Shown: positions 51,721-63,530, counted from the stretch's first letter. The stretch is DNA of 64,000 nucleotides from Moorena producens (GCF_965240435.1 NZ_CBDEKO010000003.1), one strand, 5' to 3'. Numbers and translations: made by a program. Notes: generated from the letters alone by a model not told the origin.

Positions 51721-52665
51721 GTGGCGCAGTTTCAGATTGAGTGTGTAGAATCCAAAACACTGAAGAACCAAAGTCAGTATAGCAGATTTGTCCTAGAGCC
51801 TCTCGAACGTGGTCAAGGCACAACGGTTGGCAACGCCCTCAGACGAGTTTTGCTGTCCAACCTAGAAGGGGCAGCAGTGACCGCTGTCCGGATTGCTGGC
51901 GTAAACAATGAGTTTGCCACAATTGAGGGAGTCAGAGAGGATGTCCTGGAAATTATGCTGAATATGAAGGAAGTTGTCCTCAAAAGCTACACCTCTCAAC
52001 CTCAGATAGGTCGAGTGATGATTACTGGGCCATCCACTGTGAGAGCTGCTCAGTTTGATTTGCCCTCGGAGGTGGAAATTATTGCTCCAGGTCAGTATGT
52101 TGCTACCTTAGCAGAAGGGGCTAAGCTGGAAATGGAGTTCCGCATCGAAAAAGGTACAGGATATCGCTCTGTGGAACGGGGGCATGATGAATCAACAGCA
52201 GTAGATTTCCTCCAGATTGACTCTGTGTTCATGCCGGTGACTAAAGTAAATTACAGCGTTGAGAATACTCGCATTGATGGTGCTCTGGAAAAGGATCGCT
52301 TAACTTTAGAGGTCTGGACCAATGGTAGTATAACTCCCCAAGAAGCTCTATCTCAAGCGGCTGGTACCCTGGTGGATCTGTTCAATCCTCTCAAGGATAT
52401 TAATCTCGAATCTATTAAAGATGACTATGGTGATGATGACGATCCGACCAGCCAAATCCCGATCGAAGAATTACAACTCTCGGTTCGGGCTTACAACTGC
52501 CTGAAACGAGCACAGATAAATTCTGTATCCGATTTGCTCGATTATAGTCAGGAAGACCTCCTAGAAATCAAAAACTTTGGTCAAAAGTCGGCTGAAGAAG
52601 TGATTGAAGCTCTGCAACGACGTCTAGGAATTACACTGCCCCACGAAAAATCCGCTAAGACTTAA
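51721..52665 (+). CDS. rpoA: DNA-directed RNA polymerase subunit alpha
   Basis: AQFQIECVESKT.. with an N-terminal dimerisation domain and a C-terminal domain (..LSVRAYNCLKRAQINSVSDLL..). Confidence 0.95.
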   Translation: MAQFQIECVESKTLKNQSQYSRFVLEPLERGQGTTVGNALRRVLLSNLEGAAVTAVRIAGVNNEFATIEGVREDVLEIMLNMKEVVLKSYTSQPQIGRVMITGPSTVRAAQFDLPSEVEIIAPGQYVATLAEGAKLEMEFRIEKGTGYRSVERGHDESTAVDFLQIDSVFMPVTKVNYSVENTRIDGALEKDRLTLEVWTNGSITPQEALSQAAGTLVDLFNPLKDINLESIKDDYGDDDDPTSQIPIEELQLSVRAYNCLKRAQINSVSDLLDYSQEDLLEIKNFGQKSAEEVIEALQRRLGITLPHEKSAKT

Positions 52666-52768
52666 CCACAACAATTAAACTTAAGGGACTGGAGAAGCAC
52701 GCAAGTAGCTAGTCTAAACCCTAGGAATAAAGGCAAATCTTGTTCAAAAAAAAGGAGGAAGCTAAAAA

Positions 52769-53119
52769 ATGCGTCACGGGCGTCGTGTGCCAAAACTGGG
52801 CAAGCCAGCAGATCAACGTCGGGCTCTGATGAGATCCCTGACCACTGAATTACTGCGTCATGGTCGAATCACTACCACTAAAGCTCGGGCAAAAGCCATT
52901 CGTTCGGAGGTGGAGCGAATCATTACCCTGGCCAAGGATGGTTCCTTGGCATCCCGACGTAGGGCAATTGCCTATCTCTACGACAAAAAGTTAGTTCACT
53001 CCCTCTTTGCTGGAGTGAACGAGCGATATGGCGATCGCAATGGCGGATATACCCGAATTCTGCGCACGGTGCGGCGTCGTGGTGATAATGCTGAAATATC
53101 TATTATTGAACTAGTCTGA
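52769..53119 (+). CDS. rplQ: 50S ribosomal protein L17
   Basis: [42 protein letters not shown]. Confidence 0.95.
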   Translation: MRHGRRVPKLGKPADQRRALMRSLTTELLRHGRITTTKARAKAIRSEVERIITLAKDGSLASRRRAIAYLYDKKLVHSLFAGVNERYGDRNGGYTRILRTVRRRGDNAEISIIELV

Positions 53120-53177
53120 GGCAATTAACAATTAAAGCAATTAACCATTAGAAATGTCAATTGTTAATCGTTAATCC

Positions 53178-54014
53178 ATGATGTCTGCCAACGATGCTAA
53201 AGCTATCCAGCGAATTGCCCTGGTTATTCAATACCTGGGTAATAACTTTTATGGCTGGCAGCGACAACCAAAGCATCGCAGTGTTCAGTCGGAAATCGAA
53301 ACAGTTCTGTCCACCGTGCAACAGCGAGCCATAACCCTATATGGTGCTGGTCGTACTGATACAGGGGTTCACGCTGCTGCCCAAGTCGCTCATTTTAATG
53401 CCACAGGTCCAATACCAGCCCATCGCTGGGCAGCCTTACTCAATAGTAGACTGCCAGAGGATATCTTAGTCCGAGCATCAGCATTAGTACCACCAGACTG
53501 GCATGCTCGGTTTAGTGCCATCTGGCGTCGTTATCGATACACAATCTATACCGACGCCTGCCCTAACTTGTTTGTGCAACCCTTTTGTTGGCACTATTAT
53601 CAAGCTCCTCTTGATGAATCCCTGATCCAGGCAGCCTTAAAACCACTGCTGGGTAAGCATCACTTGGCAGCCTTTCACCGAAGCAACTCGGGGCGATCGC
53701 ATTCCTGGGTAAATGTGCAAGCAGCCGAATGTTACCGCAATGGATCATTTATTCATATAGAAATTCAAGCTAACGGATTTCTATATGGTATGGTGCGTCT
53801 GTTGGTAGGAATGCTAGTACAAGTGGGAATAGGGAAGCTAACCCCAGAACAGTTTACTGACATCTGGGTTAACCAACAGCGGGACAAAGTGAAACACGCT
53901 TCCCCAGCAAAAGGCTTGTGCTTGCTAAGGGTTGGCTACCCAGAATGCCCCTTTCCCCCAGAAATATGGTATGATACCCAACCCAAATTTATATTACCTC
54001 AATTGACGGGTTGA
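53178..54014 (+). CDS. truA: tRNA pseudouridine(38-40) synthase TruA
   Basis: ..IALVIQYLGNNFYGWQRQP..RSVQSEIE...YGAGRTDTGVHA..QVAHF. Confidence 0.9.
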   Translation: MMSANDAKAIQRIALVIQYLGNNFYGWQRQPKHRSVQSEIETVLSTVQQRAITLYGAGRTDTGVHAAAQVAHFNATGPIPAHRWAALLNSRLPEDILVRASALVPPDWHARFSAIWRRYRYTIYTDACPNLFVQPFCWHYYQAPLDESLIQAALKPLLGKHHLAAFHRSNSGRSHSWVNVQAAECYRNGSFIHIEIQANGFLYGMVRLLVGMLVQVGIGKLTPEQFTDIWVNQQRDKVKHASPAKGLCLLRVGYPECPFPPEIWYDTQPKFILPQLTG

Positions 54015-54228
54015 AGGTTACAGGGGTAACTATGTTTAAGGTTAGTTTTACAGATGTATAACATGAAACCTTTAATCTGTCAATAGTTGACTTTTAGCCT
54101 GTCAACCAAACCGACAAGGGCTCCCTGGGCAAGAACAACCTGTGAAGCCTGGCCTGTAGGACACGCGTGCGCGTTCAACCAACATTGAACGTTTCAAACC
54201 AACCGTAAACCTGATATTGATTGAACTG

Positions 54229-54678
54229 ATGGAAAAAACCCACATCCCAACTAAAGACTCAATTGAAAAAAAGTGGTACGTTGTAGACGCCACCAACCAG
54301 CGTCTAGGACGACTAGCTAGTGAAATTGCCATCATTCTGAGGGGGAAAAACAAACCTACTTACACTCCCCACATGGATACTGGTGACTTCGTGATTGTTG
54401 TCAATGCCGAAAAAGTTATGGTAACTGGCAGAAAACGGGAGCAAAAACTATACCGCCGCCATTCCGGTCGTCCTGGCGGTATGAAGACAGAAACCTTTGC
54501 TCAATTGCAAGCACGTATACCTGAAAGAATTATCGAGAAAGCTGTCAAGGGTATGCTACCTAAAAACTCTCTGGGTCGCCAACTTTTCAAGAAGCTGAAA
54601 GTTTACACTGGTCAGACCCATCCCCATGAAGCACAACAACCCCAAGAACTAACTATTAAAACAATTCCAGGAGGCTAA
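54229..54678 (+). CDS. rplM: 50S ribosomal protein L13
   Basis: ..[48 protein letters not shown].. Likely ATG at 54229, inside the track ORF 54217-54678. Confidence 0.9.
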   Translation: MEKTHIPTKDSIEKKWYVVDATNQRLGRLASEIAIILRGKNKPTYTPHMDTGDFVIVVNAEKVMVTGRKREQKLYRRHSGRPGGMKTETFAQLQARIPERIIEKAVKGMLPKNSLGRQLFKKLKVYTGQTHPHEAQQPQELTIKTIPGG

Positions 54679-54683
54679 AACCA

Positions 54684-55097
54684 ATGCAAGCAGAAGAACA
54701 AGCAGGTCGCGCTGTTTACTGGGGAACTGGTCGTCGTAAGTCATCAGTTGCTAGAGTGCGTTTGGTTCCCGGTAGCGGTCAGTTGATTGTTAATAAACGT
54801 CCAGGGGACGCTTACTTTAACTTTAACCCCATGTACCTAGCCAGCCTGAAAGCACCTTTGGAAACCTTAGGTTTGGAAAATGAGTACGATATCCTAGTCA
54901 ATGCCCACGGTGGTGGCTTAACGGGACAATCTGATGCTGTGCGTCTAGGGGTGGCTAGAGCATTGTGTGAACTAGACCCAGAAAACCGTCAACCTCTTAA
55001 AATAGAAGGCTACTTGACTCGTGACCCACGGTCAAAAGAGCGCAAGAAATATGGCTTGAAAAAAGCTCGGAAAGCCCCCCAATACTCGAAGCGATAA
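54684..55097 (+). CDS. rpsI: 30S ribosomal protein S9
   Basis: ..[20 protein letters not shown]...NKR.... with a C-terminal ..[23 protein letters not shown]. Confidence 0.95.
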   Translation: MQAEEQAGRAVYWGTGRRKSSVARVRLVPGSGQLIVNKRPGDAYFNFNPMYLASLKAPLETLGLENEYDILVNAHGGGLTGQSDAVRLGVARALCELDPENRQPLKIEGYLTRDPRSKERKKYGLKKARKAPQYSKR

Positions 55098-55456
55098 ATT
55101 ATCAGCTGGCTAATTTAAAATTCAACATGGTAATTAAAAATTTGTAAGCATTCAGACCTTAGCTATCAGCTATCAGCCATTGCCAATAAACTTTTAGCTA
55201 AAAGCAATAATAAATAAGCTAATAAATTAGCTTATTAAGGGTTGTCCACAATAGCTAATGTATGGGCAATATTAAGCCACATGCCTAAGTTTGACAGGAT
55301 TGAAAAGCTGACTGCTAAGGGGCTGATAGCACCTCAAGTAGCGTACGTGGCACAGGCTTCTAGCCTGTGGTGTAGCGCATATCCTTACCAGAATTTAACA
55401 ATTAGCAATGGAAAATTAGCTAATTATATAGTAAAATACAAAGCAAAGGAGGAACT

Positions 55457-55705
55457 ATGCCAAAACCAGATATTCACCCAGAGTGGTACCCAGAAGCCAA
55501 AGTCTATTGCAACGGGGAAGTTGTGATGACCGTTGGCTCAACTCAGCCAGAACTTCACGTAGATGTTTGGTCTGGGAATCATCCCTTCTACACAGGAACC
55601 CAGAAAATTATTGATACGGAAGGGCGAGTTGAACGCTTTATGCGGAAATATGGCATGCTGGATGCTGCAGAAAATACAGCTAGCTCTGATGGGACAAAGA
55701 AATAG
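55457..55705 (+). CDS. rpmE: 50S ribosomal protein L31
   Basis: MPKPDIHPEWYPEAKVYCNGEVVMTVGSTQPELHVDVWSGNHPFYTG. Confidence 0.9.
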   Translation: MPKPDIHPEWYPEAKVYCNGEVVMTVGSTQPELHVDVWSGNHPFYTGTQKIIDTEGRVERFMRKYGMLDAAENTASSDGTKK

Positions 55706-55925
55706 CTCCTAAAGTTCAAGGGTGAAGGATGAAGGATAAACGATGAACCAGGAGGAATGAACGATGAAATGGGTTTAGCGATGGCTAACTTAAGGTTGAC
55801 TAAAAACTTGATAAACAGTTAGGACTTAAACTTCCCACTTAATACTTCCCACTTCATAATTCATAAATTTATACTTCATCCTTCCTAACTTCTGAGGCTA
55901 TTTCAAGAGAGCGATCGCATAAACC

Positions 55926-57038
55926 ATGGCTGAAACCTACCTGCTGGAAAAACTCAACTCTGTCGAGCAAACCTACCATGAGTTAACAAGGCGTCTGGCT
56001 GATCCAGATATCGCCACAGACCCCAATGAGTTGCAACGAGTGGCAAAAGCTCGTTCCTCCCTAGAAGGAGTTGTTGCTACCTACGACAACTGGAAGCAAA
56101 CCCAAGAGGAGTTGGCAGGAGCACGGCAAATCCTTAAAGAATCCACTGGTGAGCCAGAATTGCAAGAAATGGCAGCTCTGGAAGTTGAGGAACTCCAGAC
56201 CAAGCTAGAGCACCTGGAAAGAGAACTTAAAATATTACTCTTGCCCAAAGACCCGAATGATGAAAAGAATATCATGCTGGAGATTCGGGCAGGAACTGGT
56301 GGCGATGAAGCAAGTATCTGGGCAGGGGACTTGGTACGGATGTACTCACGCTATTCCGAAAGTCAAAACTGGCGAGTAAAGTTATTGAGTGAGTCTCTGG
56401 CGGATATGGGAGGCTTCAAAGAGGCGATATTAGAAATTCAGGGAGACCAAGTTTACAGCAAGCTGAAGTTTGAAGCTGGGGTTCATCGAGTCCAACGAGT
56501 ACCTGTTACTGAGGCTGGCGGTAGAGTTCACACCTCAACAGCAACGGTAGCCGTGATGCCAGAAGTTGATGAGGTGGATGTGGAGATTGACCCCAAGGAG
56601 ATCGAAATTTCTACAGCCCGTTCTGGTGGTGCTGGTGGTCAGAACGTAAACAAAGTCGAAACAGCAGTTGATTTATACCACAAGCCTACAGGAATTCGCA
56701 TTTTTTGTACAGAAGAACGATCTCAGCTGCAAAACCGAGAGCGAGCCATGCAAATTCTCCGGGCTAAGCTGTATGAGATCAAGTTACAGGAACAACAGGA
56801 AGCGGTGACCTCGATGAGGCGTTCCCAAGTTGGTACAGGGGCTCGTTCTGAGAAAATCCGCACCTACAACTACAAAGATAATCGGGTCACCGATCACCGA
56901 CTGGGTCAAAATTATTCCCTCGCTCCTTTGCTGGAGGGGGACTTGGAGGGAGTGATTCAATCTTGCATTAGCCAAGACCAGCAGGAGCAATTGGAAAAAT
57001 TGGCATCTTCTACATCCAACGGTGAATCTTTAACTTGA
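55926..57038 (+). CDS. prfA: Peptide chain release factor 1
   Basis: PxT-region and GGQ motif ([16 protein letters not shown]), 370 aa. Confidence 0.95.
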   Translation: MAETYLLEKLNSVEQTYHELTRRLADPDIATDPNELQRVAKARSSLEGVVATYDNWKQTQEELAGARQILKESTGEPELQEMAALEVEELQTKLEHLERELKILLLPKDPNDEKNIMLEIRAGTGGDEASIWAGDLVRMYSRYSESQNWRVKLLSESLADMGGFKEAILEIQGDQVYSKLKFEAGVHRVQRVPVTEAGGRVHTSTATVAVMPEVDEVDVEIDPKEIEISTARSGGAGGQNVNKVETAVDLYHKPTGIRIFCTEERSQLQNRERAMQILRAKLYEIKLQEQQEAVTSMRRSQVGTGARSEKIRTYNYKDNRVTDHRLGQNYSLAPLLEGDLEGVIQSCISQDQQEQLEKLASSTSNGESLT

Positions 57039-57174
57039 TGCCAAGTTAGCTAAAGGCGCGAGAAGCCTTTAGCTAAAAGCTTTGCCTTATCTCGGGTTTA
57101 CTCTAACTGAAGCCGAGACTAGAAAACGACAGTGTGTTGTTAGGTTTAAACAAGACATCATAATCAAAATTTGG

Positions 57175-59043
57175 TCAACTAGATTTTAAGTGTTGCTTGA
57201 TTTTAGTCACTCCAGAGAGACGAGTATGAAGTTGACATTGTCCAAGATAAATTTGTGCTACACTATCTCCTGGATTCAAGCGTAGACATTCCTGAAACAG
57301 AACTGATGCCTTGGAGAAATAACGCAGATTATAAAGCACCAAGGCTTGTTCAAATTTGCTGCGAGTAATTAACTTGCCTTCTCGCAGTTGAGGTTCATCA
57401 GCATCAAAGATTTCATAAACTGTCACCATTTCGGATTTGCCCTTGACTGGTACCCGATCAATCAAGCGAATGGCATAAGCTAAGGGATTATCTAACTTCC
57501 AATAAGTATGGTGAGTGATTAATAACGGCACCCCATAACGTTTCGTTAATTCTTCTAAACGAGACGCTAAATTAACCCCATCGCTGATAACAGTGCTATC
57601 CATCCGATTTTTTCCTCCCACTGTTCCTAGCATCAACGAACCAGTATTGATGCCAATGCCAACGGTGATGGCTGGGTGTCCTGAGTTTTGCCGAGATTGA
57701 TTATAGTCAGCTAGGGATGTTAGCATAGCAATTCCGGCGTTGACCGCATGATTAGCACTTTCGTTAAACAGAGCCATAATCCCATCCCCCATGTATTTAT
57801 CAATAAAGCCATGATTTTCAGTGATGGCAGATTCCATACGAGAAAGATAGGTATTGATAAATTCAAAATTTTCCTCAGGTGTCATAGTTTCCGAGAGGGT
57901 GCTAAAGGAGCGAATATCGGAAAATAGCACCGACATCTCTTGCTGAACATGATCCCCTAATTGAACATCGGTAATGCTTGGTTTGTTCAATAACTTGAGA
58001 AACTGATGGGGGACAAAGCTTTCATAAGCTTGATTGACTTGCGAGAATTCCTGCATCAAGCGTAGGTGTTCTGCTTCTGCTTTTTTGCGTTGGGTGATAT
58101 CATGAAAAGCTACGATAGCATAGGCAATGTCGCCCAATTCATTAAAGATAGGTGTTCCCCAACTTTCTATAGGGATAATTTTGTCCCCTTGGTGGATTTC
58201 AATATCATCCAGGGTGGCGTTTTCACCTTTTAATGCCTTTACAGCAACTAATTTTTCAGCAAAGTATAGCTGATTGGTTCCGGCAACATAAAGTTGATAA
58301 ACCTCTGGCATTTGCTCAGCTGTAGTTAATGGCACGACTCCCTTGCCGAATAACTGCCGCGCCTTATAATTTAGGAATTCTAGTACCCCCTTATCATTAA
58401 ACACAGCCACACCCACAGGCATCCTTTCTAGGAACTGAGTCAATTGATACTGGTTCTCTAGCAGTTCGTCAACTAAAACAGTTTGCTGACGGTTTATAGC
58501 ACTCAGATGCTGCCACTCTTGATTAGCTTGTTCTGGTGCTGTAGTATATTCTGAAATCTGTGCTGCTTGATCACAGATTATTTTTTCCAACTGCTGATTG
58601 AGTTCCTGAAGTTGGCGATTTTGTGCCTTCAGTGTTTCCTCAAGAAGATAACTATGTATGGCTTCTATGACTGTCAATTTCAGGTCTTCAGATGGACAAG
58701 GCTTCCCTAGGTAACGATATAATTTTGCATACCGAATTGCCTTGGCTGTAGCTTTTAAATCCAGATCACCCGTCAGCATAATTTTGAGAGTTTGGTTATC
58801 GAAAAAATCAGCTATTTTTAATAAGTCATCCCCTTTTAGATCAGGGATAACAGCACCAGCTAAAACTAAAGCCACTTCATACTCATCATTGCGCAAGTCT
58901 TCGACTAACTTTACAACCCCTTTACTCCCTTCAAAATTTTCAATCATATATTCTTTTCCGAAAGTCTTACTTAGAGATATTTTCAGGCTATTTAGAACTG
59001 ATGTATCATTATCAATACAAATAATTATTAATGTTTTTTTCAT
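57175..59043 (-). CDS. Response-regulator receiver / PAS / class III adenylate (nucleotidyl) cyclase multidomain protein
   Basis: 622 aa. Two REC-like N-terminal domains, a coiled-coil, a PAS-like segment, and a C-terminal CHD cyclase domain (..VLFSDIRSFSTLSE..FINTYLSRMESAITENHGFIDKYMGDGIMALF..). Confidence 0.8.
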   Translation of the reverse strand: MKKTLIIICIDNDTSVLNSLKISLSKTFGKEYMIENFEGSKGVVKLVEDLRNDEYEVALVLAGAVIPDLKGDDLLKIADFFDNQTLKIMLTGDLDLKATAKAIRYAKLYRYLGKPCPSEDLKLTVIEAIHSYLLEETLKAQNRQLQELNQQLEKIICDQAAQISEYTTAPEQANQEWQHLSAINRQQTVLVDELLENQYQLTQFLERMPVGVAVFNDKGVLEFLNYKARQLFGKGVVPLTTAEQMPEVYQLYVAGTNQLYFAEKLVAVKALKGENATLDDIEIHQGDKIIPIESWGTPIFNELGDIAYAIVAFHDITQRKKAEAEHLRLMQEFSQVNQAYESFVPHQFLKLLNKPSITDVQLGDHVQQEMSVLFSDIRSFSTLSETMTPEENFEFINTYLSRMESAITENHGFIDKYMGDGIMALFNESANHAVNAGIAMLTSLADYNQSRQNSGHPAITVGIGINTGSLMLGTVGGKNRMDSTVISDGVNLASRLEELTKRYGVPLLITHHTYWKLDNPLAYAIRLIDRVPVKGKSEMVTVYEIFDADEPQLREGKLITRSKFEQALVLYNLRYFSKASVLFQECLRLNPGDSVAQIYLGQCQLHTRLSGVTKIKQHLKSS

Positions 59044-59688
59044 GCAAAAATATCTTAAAAATTATATTTAATTAGTTAAATTAATCCCGGGAAATTATAG
59101 ATTTTTTGATTGTCACAACAAAAGCTGGTCTGCTTATTAATTGATCGTAGTAAATAACAGGTTTAAATTAAAGATCAACTATTAGTCGCTAAACTATTAG
59201 TCATTCACCGTTGACCGTTGAGTGCTAACTTTTAGCCATCAACAGTAAACCACTAACAAGGGATATATTGCGTTTATTTCTACCAACCGCTCGACCTATG
59301 GATTTAGCAGACAAGCTCTATTTTTTGGAGCAACATATAGCATTGTGGCGATAGTACCCTCTACAGTCAACATAAAAATGTAGCCAATTGCTTTGACGAT
59401 TTGGCTACACTATTGACCCAATCTGCTGGAAATTGATCTGATTAATCCACTCAATTAACCCCCAATTCCCTAGACAATCTACCTAAAACCAAATGATTAC
59501 CTTTAAATTAGTTATTTGTCAACTATCCCAAGACAGCCATTTGATAGGCATGTGAGCACAATACATAATATTATGTATTTGTCAACTAGCAAGTGTAGCC
59601 AGTTTAATCACTCAATCAACCTAAATTAATTGTCTGCCTTGTCAGAAACCGTTAAAGTGTCCTTTGAGATATTGGGGAACTGTAAGTG

Positions 59689-61020
59689 ATGACTATTGAT
59701 CAGGTACTTGACATCCTCAAAAGTGTTGAGAAAATCAAGTTAACTCCACTTCAGGAATGGATATTGCACCAAGCCTGGGAAGGAAAAACCTATACCGATA
59801 TGGCGATCGAAGCACACTATGGCCCTGAATACCTCAGAAAGACTGCCTATAAGTTGTGGCGATTACTGGGAGACATTTTTGACAAAACGATCACCAAGAC
59901 CAATTTCCGGAACACCCTGGAGACAACCCCAATTACTCCCTACCATCAACAGCTAATTGAGCAATATTACCGCCGTCAATGCCTACGTAAAATTGCTGAA
60001 TTTCCCAGTGGAGCACTTGCCCTACCATCTCCCCTTTATATAGAGCGTCCTCCGATTGAAGAGCTTTGCTATCAAGCCATTCACCAACCCGGAAGTTTGC
60101 TCCGGATTACAGGACCAAAACAGACAGGGAAAACGTCTTTGCTGTTGCGAATATTAGACCAGGCAAGAGAAAAACAATATCACAAAGTTTATCTCAATTT
60201 TAACCAAGCCGAAACCGCCATTATAAGTAATTTAGACCGGCTATTACGCTGGTTATGTGTTAAAGTCAGTTACCAACTCCAGCTTCCCCACCAACTCGAT
60301 AACTATTGGGATAAAGACCTAGGCAGTAAGGTCAGCTGTATGACCTACTTACAAGAACATATCCTAGAAAAAATAGACCATCCCCTCGTTTTGGCAATGG
60401 ATGAAGTCCATCGGCTGTTTGAGCATACCCAAACTGCTAAAGATTTTTTACCTTTATTGCGTTCTTGGCATGAGGAAGCTAAACAACTACCGGTGTGGCG
60501 AAAGCTGCGGGTAATTGTGGTTTACTCGACAGAAATTTATGTTGCTCTGGAAACTTCCCAATCTCCGTTTAATGTGGGATTACCGATTAAGTTACCCGAG
60601 TTTAACAAACAGCAAATCCAACAGTTAGCTCAGCTTTATAGATTACATTGGTCAAATAGTGAAGCTGCTGACAAACTGATGGCTATGGTGGGGGGACATC
60701 CGGCATTAGTGCAGCTTGCTCTCTATCATTTGGCTTATCATAATATTAGCCTAGAACAATTACTCGCTGAAGCAGCTACTGCTACGGGAATTTATAGTGA
60801 CTATTTGCGGCAACACTTAAGTGTAATTAGGGAAAATCCTGATTTAGCTACTACTCTTAAACAGGTGGTTACAGCAGATAGGGGAGTTGAGCTCGATCCA
60901 ATCAGTATCTATAAGTTACAGAGTATGGGTTTGGTGAGTGTTCAGAGAAATAAAGTCACACTATGTTGTAATTTATATCGTCACTATTTTTTAGAACACC
61001 TTGATATGTTGTTCGCGTAG
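59689..61020 (+). CDS. AAA-like domain (PF14516-type) protein
   Basis: 443 aa. Walker A-like GPKQTGKTS and Walker B-like LVLAMDEVH. The C-terminal helical domain matches the cyanobacterial AAA-like family. The stop codon TAG lies inside a dispersed repeat element (gttcgcgTAGcgtggcc). Confidence 0.7.
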   Translation: MTIDQVLDILKSVEKIKLTPLQEWILHQAWEGKTYTDMAIEAHYGPEYLRKTAYKLWRLLGDIFDKTITKTNFRNTLETTPITPYHQQLIEQYYRRQCLRKIAEFPSGALALPSPLYIERPPIEELCYQAIHQPGSLLRITGPKQTGKTSLLLRILDQAREKQYHKVYLNFNQAETAIISNLDRLLRWLCVKVSYQLQLPHQLDNYWDKDLGSKVSCMTYLQEHILEKIDHPLVLAMDEVHRLFEHTQTAKDFLPLLRSWHEEAKQLPVWRKLRVIVVYSTEIYVALETSQSPFNVGLPIKLPEFNKQQIQQLAQLYRLHWSNSEAADKLMAMVGGHPALVQLALYHLAYHNISLEQLLAEAATATGIYSDYLRQHLSVIRENPDLATTLKQVVTADRGVELDPISIYKLQSMGLVSVQRNKVTLCCNLYRHYFLEHLDMLFA

Positions 61021-61150
61021 CGTGGCCTTTTGGCCAAGGTTTAAGGTTGTCTTTAAGAATGTTGAATGTTGAATGTTGAATGTTGACTGTTGAATGTTGA
61101 ATGTTGACTGTTGACTGTTGAATGTTGAATGTTGAATTCTTAATTCTTAA
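61008..61150. repeat. Repeat element GCGTGGCCTTTTGGCCAAGG followed by about 13 x TGTTGAA/TGTTGAC heptamers and 5 x TTCTTAA
   Basis: Seen directly. Same family as 8101, 14897 and 37273. Confidence 0.8.
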
Positions 61151-61308
61151 TTCTTAATTCTTAATTCTTAATTTAAAAATTGCGTTCCACAAAACTATTC
61201 AAATCATTCCATTATTAAGAAAAGCGCAAAATTCCCCTGTTTTGAAACAGGGGAATTTTGGAACAAACAATTGCTCAGAGCGATCGCTACAGCGACGGAT
61301 TATTGAAT

Positions 61309-61734
61309 TTAATCTAAATAACCCATCAGCTGTGGATCAGCATCAACATCATTTGGGGCGATGGGACGTTTGCCCATGATGTACTCTATTTCATCAAGAT
61401 GAAGATTACTAGCAGCAATTGGCCGCTCCCCAGACACCTTCATGATACCGAGTACCTCAATGTTGCTAGAGGTGATGGGGCGCTCTCCCATTACAGACAT
61501 CGTTTCTAATACCTGGAGATTACTGGCATCAATTGGTCGATGTCCCATTATGCTTTGTGTTTCACTAATATGAAGCTCACTAGGAGCAATGGGACGGTTT
61601 CCAGGTAAAGGGGGAATTGTATCTAATGCAGAGGTTTCCTGTGCTGGAGCTTCTGCTAGCTGAACTGCGGTAGTGTTTTCATTGATTGCAGTGCTATCGC
61701 TCACAGTGCTATCGCTCACAGTGCTATCGCTCAT
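61309..61734 (-). CDS. Repeat protein with 5 x (I/V)MG.RPI..S(N/E)L-type 18-aa repeats
   Basis: 141 aa. The N-terminal SDSTVSDSTVSDST is encoded by a 15-nt tandem repeat. Then GNRPIAPSEL, GHRPIDASNL, GERPITSSNI, GERPIAASNL, GKRPIAPNDV. Function unknown. Confidence 0.5.
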   Translation of the reverse strand: MSDSTVSDSTVSDSTAINENTTAVQLAEAPAQETSALDTIPPLPGNRPIAPSELHISETQSIMGHRPIDASNLQVLETMSVMGERPITSSNIEVLGIMKVSGERPIAASNLHLDEIEYIMGKRPIAPNDVDADPQLMGYLD

Positions 61735-62518
61735 AATCGTATACCTAGAAGTTTTTAACCGAGTTTTTTAGCTATTCGGGCAAGATTAGCCCGTTGGTCC
61801 TACCCGCTGGCGGAGGTGTGGGATTAACTATTGGTGTTATTGCCTCGTTTATGGGCGAGCGGGGTGCTTACAAAGTAGGAGAACAAAAAAAGCTCTGGTT
61901 GCTGTATTGACCTGGAGTCTTTGCTGTAACTGAGTTTAGTAAGGGGTAATTGGTCAATGATAATCATTGATACTCATACCAATACCATTAATTACGTTAC
62001 AGACCGCAACGTTAGCTTAATTTTTGTTCTTGACTAACCTTTACAAGTATTATAAAGCCTTAATTATATTAAGTTACATTTTACGAAAGTAAACAATTAG
62101 GTCAAGGATTATAAAGTAGTTCTCAATTGGGTCAGGTACTTAGGCTCTGGTTCTTAGGGAGTAGAGAGTAGGGAGCAGCCCAGCCATTGGGGAGCCAGGG
62201 CCTTCATGATGGGTTCCCCTCCATGAGCGAGTCCATCAAGATTGGATAAGAAAATTGAATGTACTTGATAACTATGACAAATGCTATAAAGGTTGAGACT
62301 GGCTTCTCACCCCTTTAGCCCTACAATTAAACCAATACAACTAAAGCCCGACAACCGAGACTTCTGGAGCTAACACGTTTGAGAGACTAGAGCCTATTAA
62401 CCGATAACTAAGCACATAACCTACCCTGCACTGGACACTAAAGGTGAATAACTCATTAACCTGCCCTACACTGAAAGTCAATGGGGAATAACCAAATAAC
62501 TTTCATACCTAGGATCGA

Positions 62519-63373
62519 TTGCTGAGTTCTTCACATTTTGTTACAAATGTAGAAGTAACTCTCGCAGGATGCAAGATGGTTATGTTAGGTGGCTTCACCG
62601 GTACAAATAATTCTGGCACCGACTGGGGTGAACAGCTGCTCAATACAGTTGCCAGCAAGACCATTCGCCACCTGTTTACCACAAGCGAATCGGTAGATGT
62701 GTCTGTGCGCTGCTATCCCTCTAGCAAGTTGCTACAAGGTAGCATCGATAGTTTCAAAATGAGTGGTCGTGGTTTAGTGATTCGTCGGGAGTTCCGGACA
62801 GAAGAGATGTCCTTTGAAACCGATGCTGTTTCTCTGGATTTCAGCTCAGTGCTTCAGGGTAAGATTTCTCTGAAACAACCTACTCAAGCGATCGCTCAAG
62901 TTATTCTGACTGAAGCTGACATCAACCAATCCTTTAAAGCACAACTAGTAAGAAAGCGGCTGGAAAACCTTTCTACACCAGGGTTAACCGCACTATCTGG
63001 TGGTGCGCCGGTTTCCTTTACCGAGGTGCAAGTTCAGCTGCAACCGAACAATGGTCTACGGTTATTTGCTAAGGCTGACCTACCCAATTACGGCATAGTA
63101 CCGATTAGTATGACATCTACCATCGGAGTAGAGCGGCGACGGCGGATTTTGTTTAAAGACTCCCAGTTTCAAGCTAATGAAATACCAGAGTCGTTACAAG
63201 AGATATCTAAAACGTTGACAGTAGCCCTGGATGAGATCTTGAACAATATGGTGGATCTAGACCGCTTCAACCTTGATGGTGTCACTATGCGCATCAATCG
63301 TCTAGAGACCCAAGGGAAAAAGCTAGTTTTCAGTGGCTACGCCCAAATCGATCACATCCCCAATAATCCTTGA
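62519..63373 (+). CDS. Hypothetical protein (possibly DUF2993/LmeA-like)
   Basis: 284 aa. The true start is likely MVMLGGFTG at about 62576. The family assignment is from memory only. Confidence 0.4.
   Translation: MLSSSHFVTNVEVTLAGCKMVMLGGFTGTNNSGTDWGEQLLNTVASKTIRHLFTTSESVDVSVRCYPSSKLLQGSIDSFKMSGRGLVIRREFRTEEMSFETDAVSLDFSSVLQGKISLKQPTQAIAQVILTEADINQSFKAQLVRKRLENLSTPGLTALSGGAPVSFTEVQVQLQPNNGLRLFAKADLPNYGIVPISMTSTIGVERRRRILFKDSQFQANEIPESLQEISKTLTVALDEILNNMVDLDRFNLDGVTMRINRLETQGKKLVFSGYAQIDHIPNNP

Positions 63374-63530
<157 letters not shown>

Noticed and set aside
55242-55526. 94-aa ORF between rpsI and rpmE
   Set aside because: It overlaps the start of the well-conserved rpmE in another frame and covers an AT-rich spacer containing a dispersed repeat copy.
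61040-61150. CRISPR array suggested by regularly spaced short repeats
   Set aside because: The units are contiguous 7-mers (TGTTGAA, TTCTTAA) with no spacers. These are microsatellite-type heptamer arrays, which recur throughout the window.
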